Shown one piece after another: positions 56,622 through 64,000 of a stretch of DNA of 64,000 nt (position 1 is the stretch's first letter; each line of letters starts with the position of its first letter). The notes under the pieces were generated by a model. The model was not told the origin of the DNA and made no database searches. It saw only the letters and a program-made list of their open reading frames with translations. A program made the translations under genes and the position numbers. This stretch comes from an uncultured Gammaproteobacteria bacterium (GTDB lineage Bacteria > Patescibacteriota > Patescibacteriia > Magasanikbacterales > GWA2-37-8): NCBI GenBank assembly GCA_964619625.1, contig CAZUFD010000002.1:14582-78581 (forward strand), given 5' to 3'.

Positions 56622-57305
56622 TTACTGTATAATCGTACCATTAAACGACTCGCCGCTCAAGGCTTGGTTTAATAAATTTAAATTTGTGCCTTTTACAAAC
56701 TTTACTGTTAACCCCAGTTTCTGCGCGGTTTTGGCTGCCACCGGATCAAACGGAAAATTTGCCCCCGGGCTCCATTTGTCGCCTATAATACCTCTCATTT
56801 CCTTCCAACTTAACTCTGACAGCGCCTTGGCGCCTGGATATTTTTTTGGATCAGCCGTATAGACATAATCAATATTAGACGCGTTAATCACTTCTGTAGC
56901 TCCGTACGTTTTTGCCAGAAGCACAGCGTCGTGGTCGGTAGAACAGCCCGGCTTCCAACCCGCGGCCATAAGTATTGGCTTGGTGCTTTTAATTTTTTTT
57001 GTTGGGTTGGTAATGATTTCACTATGCGCGTAATCTTTAAATAAAAATCTTACAAATTCCGCGTTAAATATGGTGGATTTTATCCCCAACCAATCTAAAT
57101 CCGTATTTGTCATGTCAGCCACCTGGCTGGCCGCGTTTTGATAATTACGGCATGTCGCTCCCCCGCCGATTACCAGAATAAATTTCTCGCCTTTTTTAAC
57201 TCGTTCCACAATTAAATCACGCAATTTTTTAAGAAATTCAATATCAAAACCAGACGGAGGAATAATAATAGAGCCCCCTATAGAAATTATTCTAAACTTG
57301 TTCAT
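56622..57305 (-). CDS. pyrH: UMP kinase-like amino-acid-kinase-family protein (archaeal-type PyrH)
   Basis: N-terminal IISIGGSII and ILVIGGGATCRNY glycine-rich loops are typical of the uridylate kinase family. The ~225-aa length matches short-form UMPK. Confidence 0.6.
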   Translation of the reverse strand: MNKFRIISIGGSIIIPPSGFDIEFLKKLRDLIVERVKKGEKFILVIGGGATCRNYQNAASQVADMTNTDLDWLGIKSTIFNAEFVRFLFKDYAHSEIITNPTKKIKSTKPILMAAGWKPGCSTDHDAVLLAKTYGATEVINASNIDYVYTADPKKYPGAKALSELSWKEMRGIIGDKWSPGANFPFDPVAAKTAQKLGLTVKFVKGTNLNLLNQALSGESFNGTIIQ

Positions 57306-57459
57306 AAAAATTTTTCCGTACTTTAGGATTATCTATTCTAGCTTTTTTGTTAGCCACAAAAATCGCTTTATTTGCCTTAAACAAACTCGGCGTGCGATAC
57401 GCGGTTTTGCCTTTTTGCGCTCGATTGGAAGAATAATTTTTCATGCAGAGCTCTGCTAT

Positions 57460-57816
57460 TTAACTATTGGTACTATTACTGCTCTTAATTAACGAACTTA
57501 CGGCCCAGCCCACCAACCACATAATTATTGCTCCCCAGAGCGCGGCCCAAAAACCTGACACATAAAAACCCTTAACAATTGTTGAGGCAAGTAAAAACAT
57601 GGCTGCATTTATTACAAACGTAAAAAGCCCTAGGGTTAGAATATTTATTGGCAATGTTAAAACAATAAGAAGCGGACGAATGAGAGCGTTAATAAGCCCC
57701 AAAATTAATGCTGCCACCAGCGCCGCGTATACGCTATCCACCATAATACCCGGCACCAAATAGGCCACGAGCATTAGGGTTGCCGCACTCACCAACCACC
57801 GAAGAACTAATTGCAT
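57460..57816 (-). CDS. DUF360 / phage-holin-4-like small membrane protein
   Basis: 118 aa with 3-4 TM helices. The N-terminal pattern LVSAATLMLVAYLVPGI and overall topology match the YvlD/DUF360 family. Confidence 0.6.
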   Translation of the reverse strand: MQLVLRWLVSAATLMLVAYLVPGIMVDSVYAALVAALILGLINALIRPLLIVLTLPINILTLGLFTFVINAAMFLLASTIVKGFYVSGFWAALWGAIIMWLVGWAVSSLIKSSNSTNS

Positions 57817-57837
57817 ATTCTTTTATTAAAAATAAAT

Positions 57838-58452
57838 TTAACCAACTAATAATCTAAACAGTCCGTTTATGAGCGGAGAGATAAGTTCAAACAAAAAGAA
57901 AACAAAAAATAATAAAATTACAAAACCGTACCGTTCCAAAAAATTCTTAATTTTATAGGCCGAGCTTGGCAATACGGCATACAAAACTTTTGATCCGTCA
58001 AGCGGCGGGATCGGCACTAAATTAAATATCATTAACATAATATTAGCATACACAATAATTGCTAAAATTTCAGCCAGGCCTAGTGGCAGGGGCAAAAAGC
58101 GTATAAGCAAGGCAAATGCTACAGCCAAAAGAAGGTTGGCGGCTGGTCCGGCGAGCGCCACCATAACTGGCCCCCATTTCTGATTTTTTAAATTATACGG
58201 GTTATACGGCACGGGTTTGGCATATGCAAATAAAAATCTACCGCCCGTGAGAATTGAAAGCATTATTGGCATTAAAATCGTACCCCAAGGATCTATGTGG
58301 GCCATAGGGTTTACAGTCAGTCTTCCGGCATGACGGGCGGTAGGGTCGCCAAGCATATCTGCCACCCAGCCATGAGCATATTCATGGATAATCGCCGAAG
58401 GCACAATGACCAAAAAATAAAAGATAAAGTCCATAAGTAACAGAGTTGACAA
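57838..58452 (-). CDS. Site-2 protease family (M50) zinc metalloprotease
   Basis: HExxH in a TM helix (IIHEYAHGWVADMLGD), a second Zn ligand region, and a polytopic topology. Confidence 0.75.
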   Translation of the reverse strand: MSTLLLMDFIFYFLVIVPSAIIHEYAHGWVADMLGDPTARHAGRLTVNPMAHIDPWGTILMPIMLSILTGGRFLFAYAKPVPYNPYNLKNQKWGPVMVALAGPAANLLLAVAFALLIRFLPLPLGLAEILAIIVYANIMLMIFNLVPIPPLDGSKVLYAVLPSSAYKIKNFLERYGFVILLFFVFFLFELISPLINGLFRLLVG

Positions 58453-58522
58453 AACTTAAGTAGTAGCGTATACTGTAACCATTGTATTTAAGTATACTTA
58501 AAAAATCTTAAAGTTTCAACAT

Positions 58523-58699
58523 ATGTCCCGAGCTTGCTATATCTGCGAGAAGTCCGCTGCCCGCGCCAACCACGTGAGCCATTCCAATCGCAAAGTACCA
58601 CGCAGACAAAATCCAAACTTACAGTTGGTTAGAGTAGACGGCAAAAGTATCAAAGCCTGCTCCACCTGCCGCCGTACGATGGTAAAAAAATTGGCATAA
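58523..58699 (+). CDS. rpmB: 50S ribosomal protein L28
   Basis: Hand translation: MSRACYICEKSAARANHVSHSNRKVPRRQNPNLQLVRVDGKSIKACSTCRRTMVKKLA, with the L28 signature C..C...N.VSHSN.K..R...PNLQ. Below the ORF-track cutoff. The antisense ORF 58537..58806 is spurious. Confidence 0.8.
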   Translation: MSRACYICEKSAARANHVSHSNRKVPRRQNPNLQLVRVDGKSIKACSTCRRTMVKKLA

Positions 58700-58717
58700 A
58701 TAAAATATACAGCCACA

Positions 58718-58752
58718 AAAACACCTCTATTACTTCGAGGTGTTTTTGTTTT
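58718..58752 (+). terminator. Intrinsic terminator of rpmB
   Basis: 10-bp stem AAAACACCTC / GAGGTGTTTT with loop TATTACTTC, then TTTTTGTTTTT. Confidence 0.65.
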
Positions 58753-58867
58753 TAGTAAAATTAATTGACAGTAGGCACAAAATATTATTACATACCTATT
58801 GTCCATCGGCTGAACTACTTTCGCACCAACATGCGAGTTGGCTCAACCCGAGAAACGGAGAAGTACC

Positions 58868-59041
58868 ATGAAGGTCATACTCATTACCAAAGGCAGCGCG
58901 CCTTTTCTGATCGTTTACCTCATTGCCAGTGTGCTCGCCTGGGTCAATCAGGAACACCTCCTGTCCGTACTGTGCGTGGCGCTTGTAGCCATTCACATCT
59001 TCGCAATCAATTTCTATGTCCTGCTCAAAGAGAGGAAATAG
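58868..59041 (+). CDS. Possible small membrane protein (57 aa)
   Basis: RBS GGAGAAG 5 nt upstream of the ATG. Two hydrophobic helices. GC content slightly raised. Speculative. Confidence 0.3.
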   Translation: MKVILITKGSAPFLIVYLIASVLAWVNQEHLLSVLCVALVAIHIFAINFYVLLKERK

Positions 59042-59132
59042 AAATGGAAACAAACTCTCCTTAGCCGGTACCCAGGTACCGGCTTTCGCAATATTGATTT
59101 TTTATTTTTTAAAAAGTATAATTGCCAGCAAT

Positions 59133-59206
59133 CGGGGTGTAGTTCAGTTGGCTAGAACGCATGGCTGGGGGTCATGAGGTCGCAGGTTCAAGTCCTGTCA
59201 CCCCGA
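59133..59206 (+). tRNA. tRNA-Pro (anticodon GGG)
   Basis: CGGGGTG acceptor stem pairing with CACCCCG, D-arm GTTCAGTTGGCTAGAAC, anticodon stem CATGG/TCATG with loop CTGGGGG, T-arm GCAGGTTCAAGTCCTGT, discriminator A. Confidence 0.8.
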
Positions 59207-59209
59207 CAA

Positions 59210-59797
59210 TTATCTAAAACGCACTTCCACTTCCCTATTTCCGGGAATCAGTTTTAGCAGTCGTTCAATTTCTTTTTTAGTATTTTCTTTAGCTTCATTT
59301 TGCACTATTTCACTATGCGCCGCGGTCAAAGCTGCCTCTTTTAATTTAGTGTAAGCGGCATTATAACCGTCATCATTGTTAAAAATTTTTTTGAAGATTC
59401 CCTGTTTATTTTGCAAAGCAATATCGCCTATGAGCTCCACCCCATGATCTTCCAAGGCTGGTACATTAACCGTGATGGTTTGGGCGCTAACAGAAATATC
59501 TTCCAGCGATATTTTATTTAAATCTACTCCCAAACTCGCTTTCATCGTACCCATAGCCACGATATCTTGACCCCAAAAAAAGTCTTTAAACGCGCTGCCC
59601 GTGGAGCGGTCTATGGTAATCTGCTGGGTAATAATATATGTTTCAGTAACCAAAAATCCTTCGTGCTTTAACGCTTGTACGATAGATTGTGAACTTACCT
59701 GTTCACCTGGTTGACTTGGTTTGCCAAGACGGTAGCCCACCAAAAGACTTGCAGCTACGATTACTAAGACACCGATAGTTATTAATTTGTTTTTCAT
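59210..59797 (-). CDS. DUF4230-family membrane-anchored protein
   Basis: N-terminal TM helix. The pattern ...DFFWGQDIVAMGTMKASLGVDLNKI... matches the DUF4230 family. Confidence 0.6.
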   Translation of the reverse strand: MKNKLITIGVLVIVAASLLVGYRLGKPSQPGEQVSSQSIVQALKHEGFLVTETYIITQQITIDRSTGSAFKDFFWGQDIVAMGTMKASLGVDLNKISLEDISVSAQTITVNVPALEDHGVELIGDIALQNKQGIFKKIFNNDDGYNAAYTKLKEAALTAAHSEIVQNEAKENTKKEIERLLKLIPGNREVEVRFR

Positions 59798-59981
59798 AAA
59801 TTGATATTTAATGTAACACAGACCCTTATCTTTGCCAAGTTATTTTATAAAAACAAAAAACCGCCTGCTCACTAGTTTCCACATTGGTGAAAAATAATGA
59901 GCATAGCGGCGGTCTTGTGTTGACCTCCGCCATGCTTACTCCCAAGGAGTCAAGCGAAGCGAAGGTCTGGTTGCGAATGGT

Positions 59982-60425
59982 TCAGTTCACGGTAGCCTGC
60001 TGGTATCGGACCGCAGACGGACGACGGTGGCCTGAAGAAGGCAGCAGTGCCTTCACCACCGACGGAGTCGGAGGCTGAGCCACAAGCTCAGGCATCGTGA
60101 CCGAGCAGCGCATCAGAACGACCCAGACCGGATCAGGCTTCACCCCTCCCTGCAATTTCAGGGCCGCGGCGGTAGCATGACGGTCTGTCACCACCTCACC
60201 TGTCATGGCAGTGACGAGCTGCACGTCGCGCATCGCCCGCATCAACAGGTGGGCGTGACGCTGCTGCTGAGCACGAGAGTCAGCGCGATGATTGGGAATA
60301 TCGCCGTAGCGCACCTTCCCAACATGGAACTGACGGGCGCCTTTCTCACCCTCTGGGTCACGTGACATCACGACGCAGACCACTTCTACGTCGTCCTGCG
60401 AACGCTTGGTTGACCGTTTCTTCAT
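59982..60425 (-). CDS. GC-rich hypothetical protein (148 aa)
   Basis: Strong RBS AAGGGGGG 5 nt upstream of the ATG (MKKRSTKRSQDD...). GC content is far above background. No family recognised. Confidence 0.4.
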   Translation of the reverse strand: MKKRSTKRSQDDVEVVCVVMSRDPEGEKGARQFHVGKVRYGDIPNHRADSRAQQQRHAHLLMRAMRDVQLVTAMTGEVVTDRHATAAALKLQGGVKPDPVWVVLMRCSVTMPELVAQPPTPSVVKALLPSSGHRRPSAVRYQQATVN

Positions 60426-60450
60426 GGTTCCCCCCTTATGAAGATTGGGC

Positions 60451-60639
60451 CTACCGGCGACCCGAGCGGGAACCGCCCGGCATTGTTCCCCGACGACCAT
60501 TGTCGCCCGGGGGACGGTTGTGGAAGGCATCCTTCTGACGCCGGATTCCAGCCTCGGTGTTATCGCCGGACGGATCATCCGTCTCGTTGCGCGCTTCCTC
60601 GATCGAGATGTTGGAAGAGTGACCGTTCCATCGAGTCAT
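60451..60639 (-). CDS. GC-rich small basic protein, predicted disordered (62 aa)
   Basis: RBS GAGAGGAAAC upstream. Arg/Gly/Asp-rich and low-complexity. It lies directly upstream of 59982..60425, so the two may be co-transcribed. Confidence 0.3.
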   Translation of the reverse strand: MTRWNGHSSNISIEEARNETDDPSGDNTEAGIRRQKDAFHNRPPGDNGRRGTMPGGSRSGRR

Positions 60640-60923
60640 GTGAAGTTTCCTCTCAGACTTAACCGGTGAAGATCAAGCAAAGAAATTCCAACTGGAATGC
60701 CTTAAGTGGCCTGCAGAACCGCACTCGCGACTCTGCACTTCCATACTTGCACCGATCTGCGTACTGCATACCTGAATTTCAGATATAAAATACGCAGACC
60801 GGTGAAACATTTAAAAATATTTTATCTGTAAAAGAACTTGCAACAGTATACGTTAAAAAATAAATTTTGTCAATAAAAATAAGAATCGCTCCCTCTACGA
60901 CCGAGCGACCCTCCTCACTAGCT

Positions 60924-62006
60924 CTAAAGTTCCACTAGTGTATTTTCTCCCAAAATCATTTTTTGATGCCCCGATTCATTCTTTGTCACCATTACCCCCA
61001 AACCAACAATACTTCCTATGAGTTTAATATCACAATCAATGGTGCATTTATTTAAAATGATTGAATCTTTAATTTCTGCTTTGCGAATCTTAGTGCCCGC
61101 GCCAATCGTAGTATTAGGACTAATTATACAATCTTCCAGGGTGCAGTTTTCACCAATAAGCACTGGGCCGGTAATTGTAACGTTTTTATTTACGGTTGTA
61201 CCTACGCCAATTCTCACGTTGCCGCTTATGCGCGCTCCAGATTCAACAGCCCCTTCAATGTTAAAATTTTCGGCTGGGATTTCTTTAAGCAATAATTCGC
61301 TGGCCAGAATCAGATCTTCCGGTTTACCGGTATCCTTCCACCAGCCGGTAATTTCTTTATACCCGACTTTAAAATTATTTTTTAATAAATCCGAGTGAAT
61401 GCTGGAAATTTCATATTCTCCCCTCTCGCTTTTCTCAATATTATTAAAGGCTTTAAAAAATACGCCCGGACCATATAAATAAATACCGGTAACCGCAAAA
61501 TTATTAGGAGGAGTTGCGGGTTTTTCTAGAACATCCGTTAACGTACCGCTGGCGTCTAACACCGGCACGCCAAATCGTTCCGGATCCGGCACTTGCGACA
61601 GAGCAAGCATGCAATCGTAGTTGCCTTCTATAAATTCATCTACAAAATCTTTAATGCTGCCTAAAATAACATTATCCGATAAATAAAATAAAAACGGATC
61701 ATTGCCGATAAACTTTTCGGCCTGTTTTACCACATGGGCCACCCCTTGCGGCCCACCCTCCTGCTCAAAGAATGTAATCTTTATTCCCCAATGACCGCCA
61801 TCACCGATATATTTTTGCAATTCCGTTTCCCCAGGATTGGTATTTATAAAAATCTCTTCCACTCCCGCACTTACCGCCTTTTCAATCGCATGAAAAATCA
61901 TCGGCTTGTTGGCCAGCGGAATTAAGTGTTTGTTCATAGTGGAAGTTACAGGGCGAAGTCTAGTAGCCCTGCCACCTCCGGTTAATATCGCTTTTTTAAT
62001 TTTCAT
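60924..62006 (-). CDS. Sugar-1-phosphate nucleotidyltransferase (RmlA-like, long form with a C-terminal left-handed beta-helix)
   Basis: N-terminal LTGGGRATRLRPVTSTMNKHLIP (G-x-G-x-R-L motif). C-terminal hexapeptide repeats. The start was chosen at MKIKK. Confidence 0.85.
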   Translation of the reverse strand: MKIKKAILTGGGRATRLRPVTSTMNKHLIPLANKPMIFHAIEKAVSAGVEEIFINTNPGETELQKYIGDGGHWGIKITFFEQEGGPQGVAHVVKQAEKFIGNDPFLFYLSDNVILGSIKDFVDEFIEGNYDCMLALSQVPDPERFGVPVLDASGTLTDVLEKPATPPNNFAVTGIYLYGPGVFFKAFNNIEKSERGEYEISSIHSDLLKNNFKVGYKEITGWWKDTGKPEDLILASELLLKEIPAENFNIEGAVESGARISGNVRIGVGTTVNKNVTITGPVLIGENCTLEDCIISPNTTIGAGTKIRKAEIKDSIILNKCTIDCDIKLIGSIVGLGVMVTKNESGHQKMILGENTLVEL

Positions 62007-62017
62007 ATGCACTTGTT

Positions 62018-63109
62018 CTACCAAAAAATTATCCGTTTGGCAATAAACCAATAGGCTGTCATAAGCGGGTTGGCAATATACTTAAGCAAAGGATTATTAA
62101 TGTCTTTTTCTTCAAAAACAACCTTACCCGCAGCCATTTCTAACATTTTTTTATCACTGACTTTACGAATAGATTGGATATGTTTACGCTTTTCCAGCCA
62201 CAAATCCCAATGTTTCGGATCAAGCCAGTACGCGTAAATACTCATCCGCACTTTAAACCAACCGGTCATGATGGAAAAAAGGATCAAACCAAATTCCATA
62301 ATTATGGCCATGGGCAAAAGCAGAATTAAAGTCGTCCACTTAAAATACATAAGCATCACGCCGTAACGGTTTCTTTCCATATAATAAAACTTGTCCTGGT
62401 TGCGGCTAAATTGATACTTATGATAAAAAATCGCGTCCCGGACGATACAGACTTTATAACCCACCGCTCTCATACGCAATGAATATTCCAAATCTTCATG
62501 ATACAAGAAAAAATCTTTATCCCAGGCGCCGTATTCCCTAAGCAATTTAGCTCGCATCAGCAACGAAGCGCCACTGGCATAACCGACCTCTTCAACCTCT
62601 TTTAATTTTAAATCGCTTTTTTTGTGTCTGAAGCTGCCGCAATAACCAAAACCTAGATAATGAAATAAATTACCGGCTGTATTTACTAATTCTGTTTCCG
62701 GATAAAGCAATAACAAAGATTGAGCCGCGCCAATCTGCGGGTCCCGCTCTAAGGCAGCCACCATTTGCTCCAAACAATCGGCGGCCATAAAGCCGTCATT
62801 ATTATGGAAATAAATATATTCAAAACCGTGTTCCAAAGCCCAGGCAATGCCTACATTATTTCCGCCGGAAAAACCAAGATTTTCTTTTTGCGGCAATAAC
62901 GTAACATGCGGAATGGCAGTCCCAGAAATTGGTAATAATTTTTCTTCCAGGTTTCTCATGGAAGAGCCAAATTTAGGATGGAGATTATCTACCACAATAA
63001 ACTCTACTCTATCTTTTGGATAGGTAATTTTTTCTAAAGACGACACCACATCGTCCAAATAGATGTCCGAGTTAAACGAAAGGTAAATAATTGCCACTTT
63101 TGGATTCAT
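62018..63109 (-). CDS. Family 2 glycosyltransferase
   Basis: GT-A fold N-terminus (VAIIYLSFNS...VDN...) and DxD-like motifs. A C-terminal TM region. Confidence 0.8.
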   Translation of the reverse strand: MNPKVAIIYLSFNSDIYLDDVVSSLEKITYPKDRVEFIVVDNLHPKFGSSMRNLEEKLLPISGTAIPHVTLLPQKENLGFSGGNNVGIAWALEHGFEYIYFHNNDGFMAADCLEQMVAALERDPQIGAAQSLLLLYPETELVNTAGNLFHYLGFGYCGSFRHKKSDLKLKEVEEVGYASGASLLMRAKLLREYGAWDKDFFLYHEDLEYSLRMRAVGYKVCIVRDAIFYHKYQFSRNQDKFYYMERNRYGVMLMYFKWTTLILLLPMAIIMEFGLILFSIMTGWFKVRMSIYAYWLDPKHWDLWLEKRKHIQSIRKVSDKKMLEMAAGKVVFEEKDINNPLLKYIANPLMTAYWFIAKRIIFW

Positions 63110-63111
63110 AC

Positions 63112-63951
63112 TTAGTGAGGAAAATGTTTAAAATTATGACGCCATTTCCACATATATTGCAGCCAGCTCTGCAAATGAATGCGGGCCAGCTTGTTTTTTA
63201 TAAGCGCCTTAAAAATACCGGGTACCTTAGCTGAATCACGATTATATTTATGCGTAATTATAATATCATGCACGTAATATATTGGCCAACCATTATTCCA
63301 CATCGTGCGGCACCAGTCGCTATCTTCCAGGTACATAAAATACTGCTCATCAAACCAGCCAACTTGATCTATAGCTTCCTTGCGCACGACCATGGCTGCC
63401 CCAAGCACCCAATCTACGGGTCGAGTGGAATTATGATCAAAATCTTTCATAAGCAACCAGTCGGAAAACTTTTTTACCCAGCTGTATTTTTTATCAAAAT
63501 TTATTTGTTTAAGCGGCTTGATAAGCATTGATTGCAAATCAAATCTATAGCAAGAATACTGTAACGTACCGTCAATATTTAACAGCTTCGTGCCAATACA
63601 GCCAATCTTTGGATGCTCGTCCATGAATTTTATTACTCGCTCTATAACATAAGAATTTTCGGGAATAACCGTATCCGGATTTAAGGCAAAGTAATATCGA
63701 GCCGGGGCGGATTTAAAACCGATCGTGTTGCCTTTGCCAAAACCTACATTACCACCACAGTCCACATAGTTTACCAAAGGAAATTGCGCAGCCAAGGCTT
63801 CTTTTATGCCATCCTGATTTTGTGAGTTGTCAGCTACGGTAACGGCAACGGCATACGGACAATTAGATATATCATTAAAAACTGAAGCCACGGCATGCAA
63901 AATGTCGTCTTTCATCAAATAATTTACAAAAACTATATTTATGTCCTTCAT
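63112..63951 (-). CDS. Family 2 glycosyltransferase
   Basis: GT-A fold pattern (IVFVNY...VADNSQN...YLEDSDW). Adjacent to two other sugar-metabolism genes. Confidence 0.8.
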   Translation of the reverse strand: MKDINIVFVNYLMKDDILHAVASVFNDISNCPYAVAVTVADNSQNQDGIKEALAAQFPLVNYVDCGGNVGFGKGNTIGFKSAPARYYFALNPDTVIPENSYVIERVIKFMDEHPKIGCIGTKLLNIDGTLQYSCYRFDLQSMLIKPLKQINFDKKYSWVKKFSDWLLMKDFDHNSTRPVDWVLGAAMVVRKEAIDQVGWFDEQYFMYLEDSDWCRTMWNNGWPIYYVHDIIITHKYNRDSAKVPGIFKALIKNKLARIHLQSWLQYMWKWRHNFKHFPH

Positions 63952-64000
63952 AATCGAAATGAGTGAGTGAAGTGATAAATTTGTTTGATCACTTCCGAAC

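Noticed and set aside
58537-58806. 89-aa minus-strand ORF from the ORF track.
   Set aside because: It overlaps antisense to a clear rpmB (L28) gene on the plus strand, which has its own terminator, so it is spurious.
1-64000. CRISPR arrays and IS/transposase genes.
   Set aside because: No arrays of regularly spaced direct repeats were seen, and no ORF shows transposase or integrase motifs (DDE, Tyr-recombinase RHRY). The only repeats found are the short intergenic palindromes reported under findings.

Overview
This is a 64 kb, mostly AT-rich, gene-dense window, coded largely on the minus strand. By gene content it resembles a small-genome, monoderm-like bacterium, most plausibly Candidate Phyla Radiation (Patescibacteria); that assignment is inference. 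Evidence for it: a SecA-SecD-SecF block; rplJ-rplL without rplK/rplA upstream; a minimal TsaB; many very large secreted proteins (three Laminin-G/ConA-like domains, a 1669-aa YVTN beta-propeller protein, DUF4430 and prenyltransferase-like repeats); and a DUF4012-like plus GT2 glycosyltransferase cluster. Housekeeping genes I can recognise are folD, secA, secD, secF, tdk, msrA, a DEAD-box helicase, tpiA, glyS, frr, holB, mreB, rplL, rplJ and a UMP-kinase-like gene. rpmG (L33) and rpmB (L28) were missed by the 60-aa ORF track. I found six tRNAs: Gln-CUG and Pro-GGG on the plus strand, and Trp-CCA, Thr-GGU, Tyr-GUA and Thr-UGU on the minus strand.

The features most worth a second look are: (1) an 802-aa fusion of an RnfD/NqrB-like membrane domain, an FAD (DAO-type) oxidoreductase and a high-potential Rieske domain, sitting next to a lipoprotein cupredoxin; (2) a probable glycine T-box riboswitch with an ultrashort Stem I upstream of glyS; (3) a DUF4430 / prenyltransferase-repeat / small membrane protein module that looks like a vitamin-capture system; (4) a SecD with a parvulin-like insertion in its periplasmic head; (5) several high-GC islands in the AT-rich background (a Trp-rich OMP-like beta-barrel, a metzincin lipoprotein, and small genes near tRNA-Gln and tRNA-Pro), suggesting horizontal transfer or a chimeric assembly; and (6) two families of short repeated intergenic palindromic motifs. 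No CRISPR array was seen.
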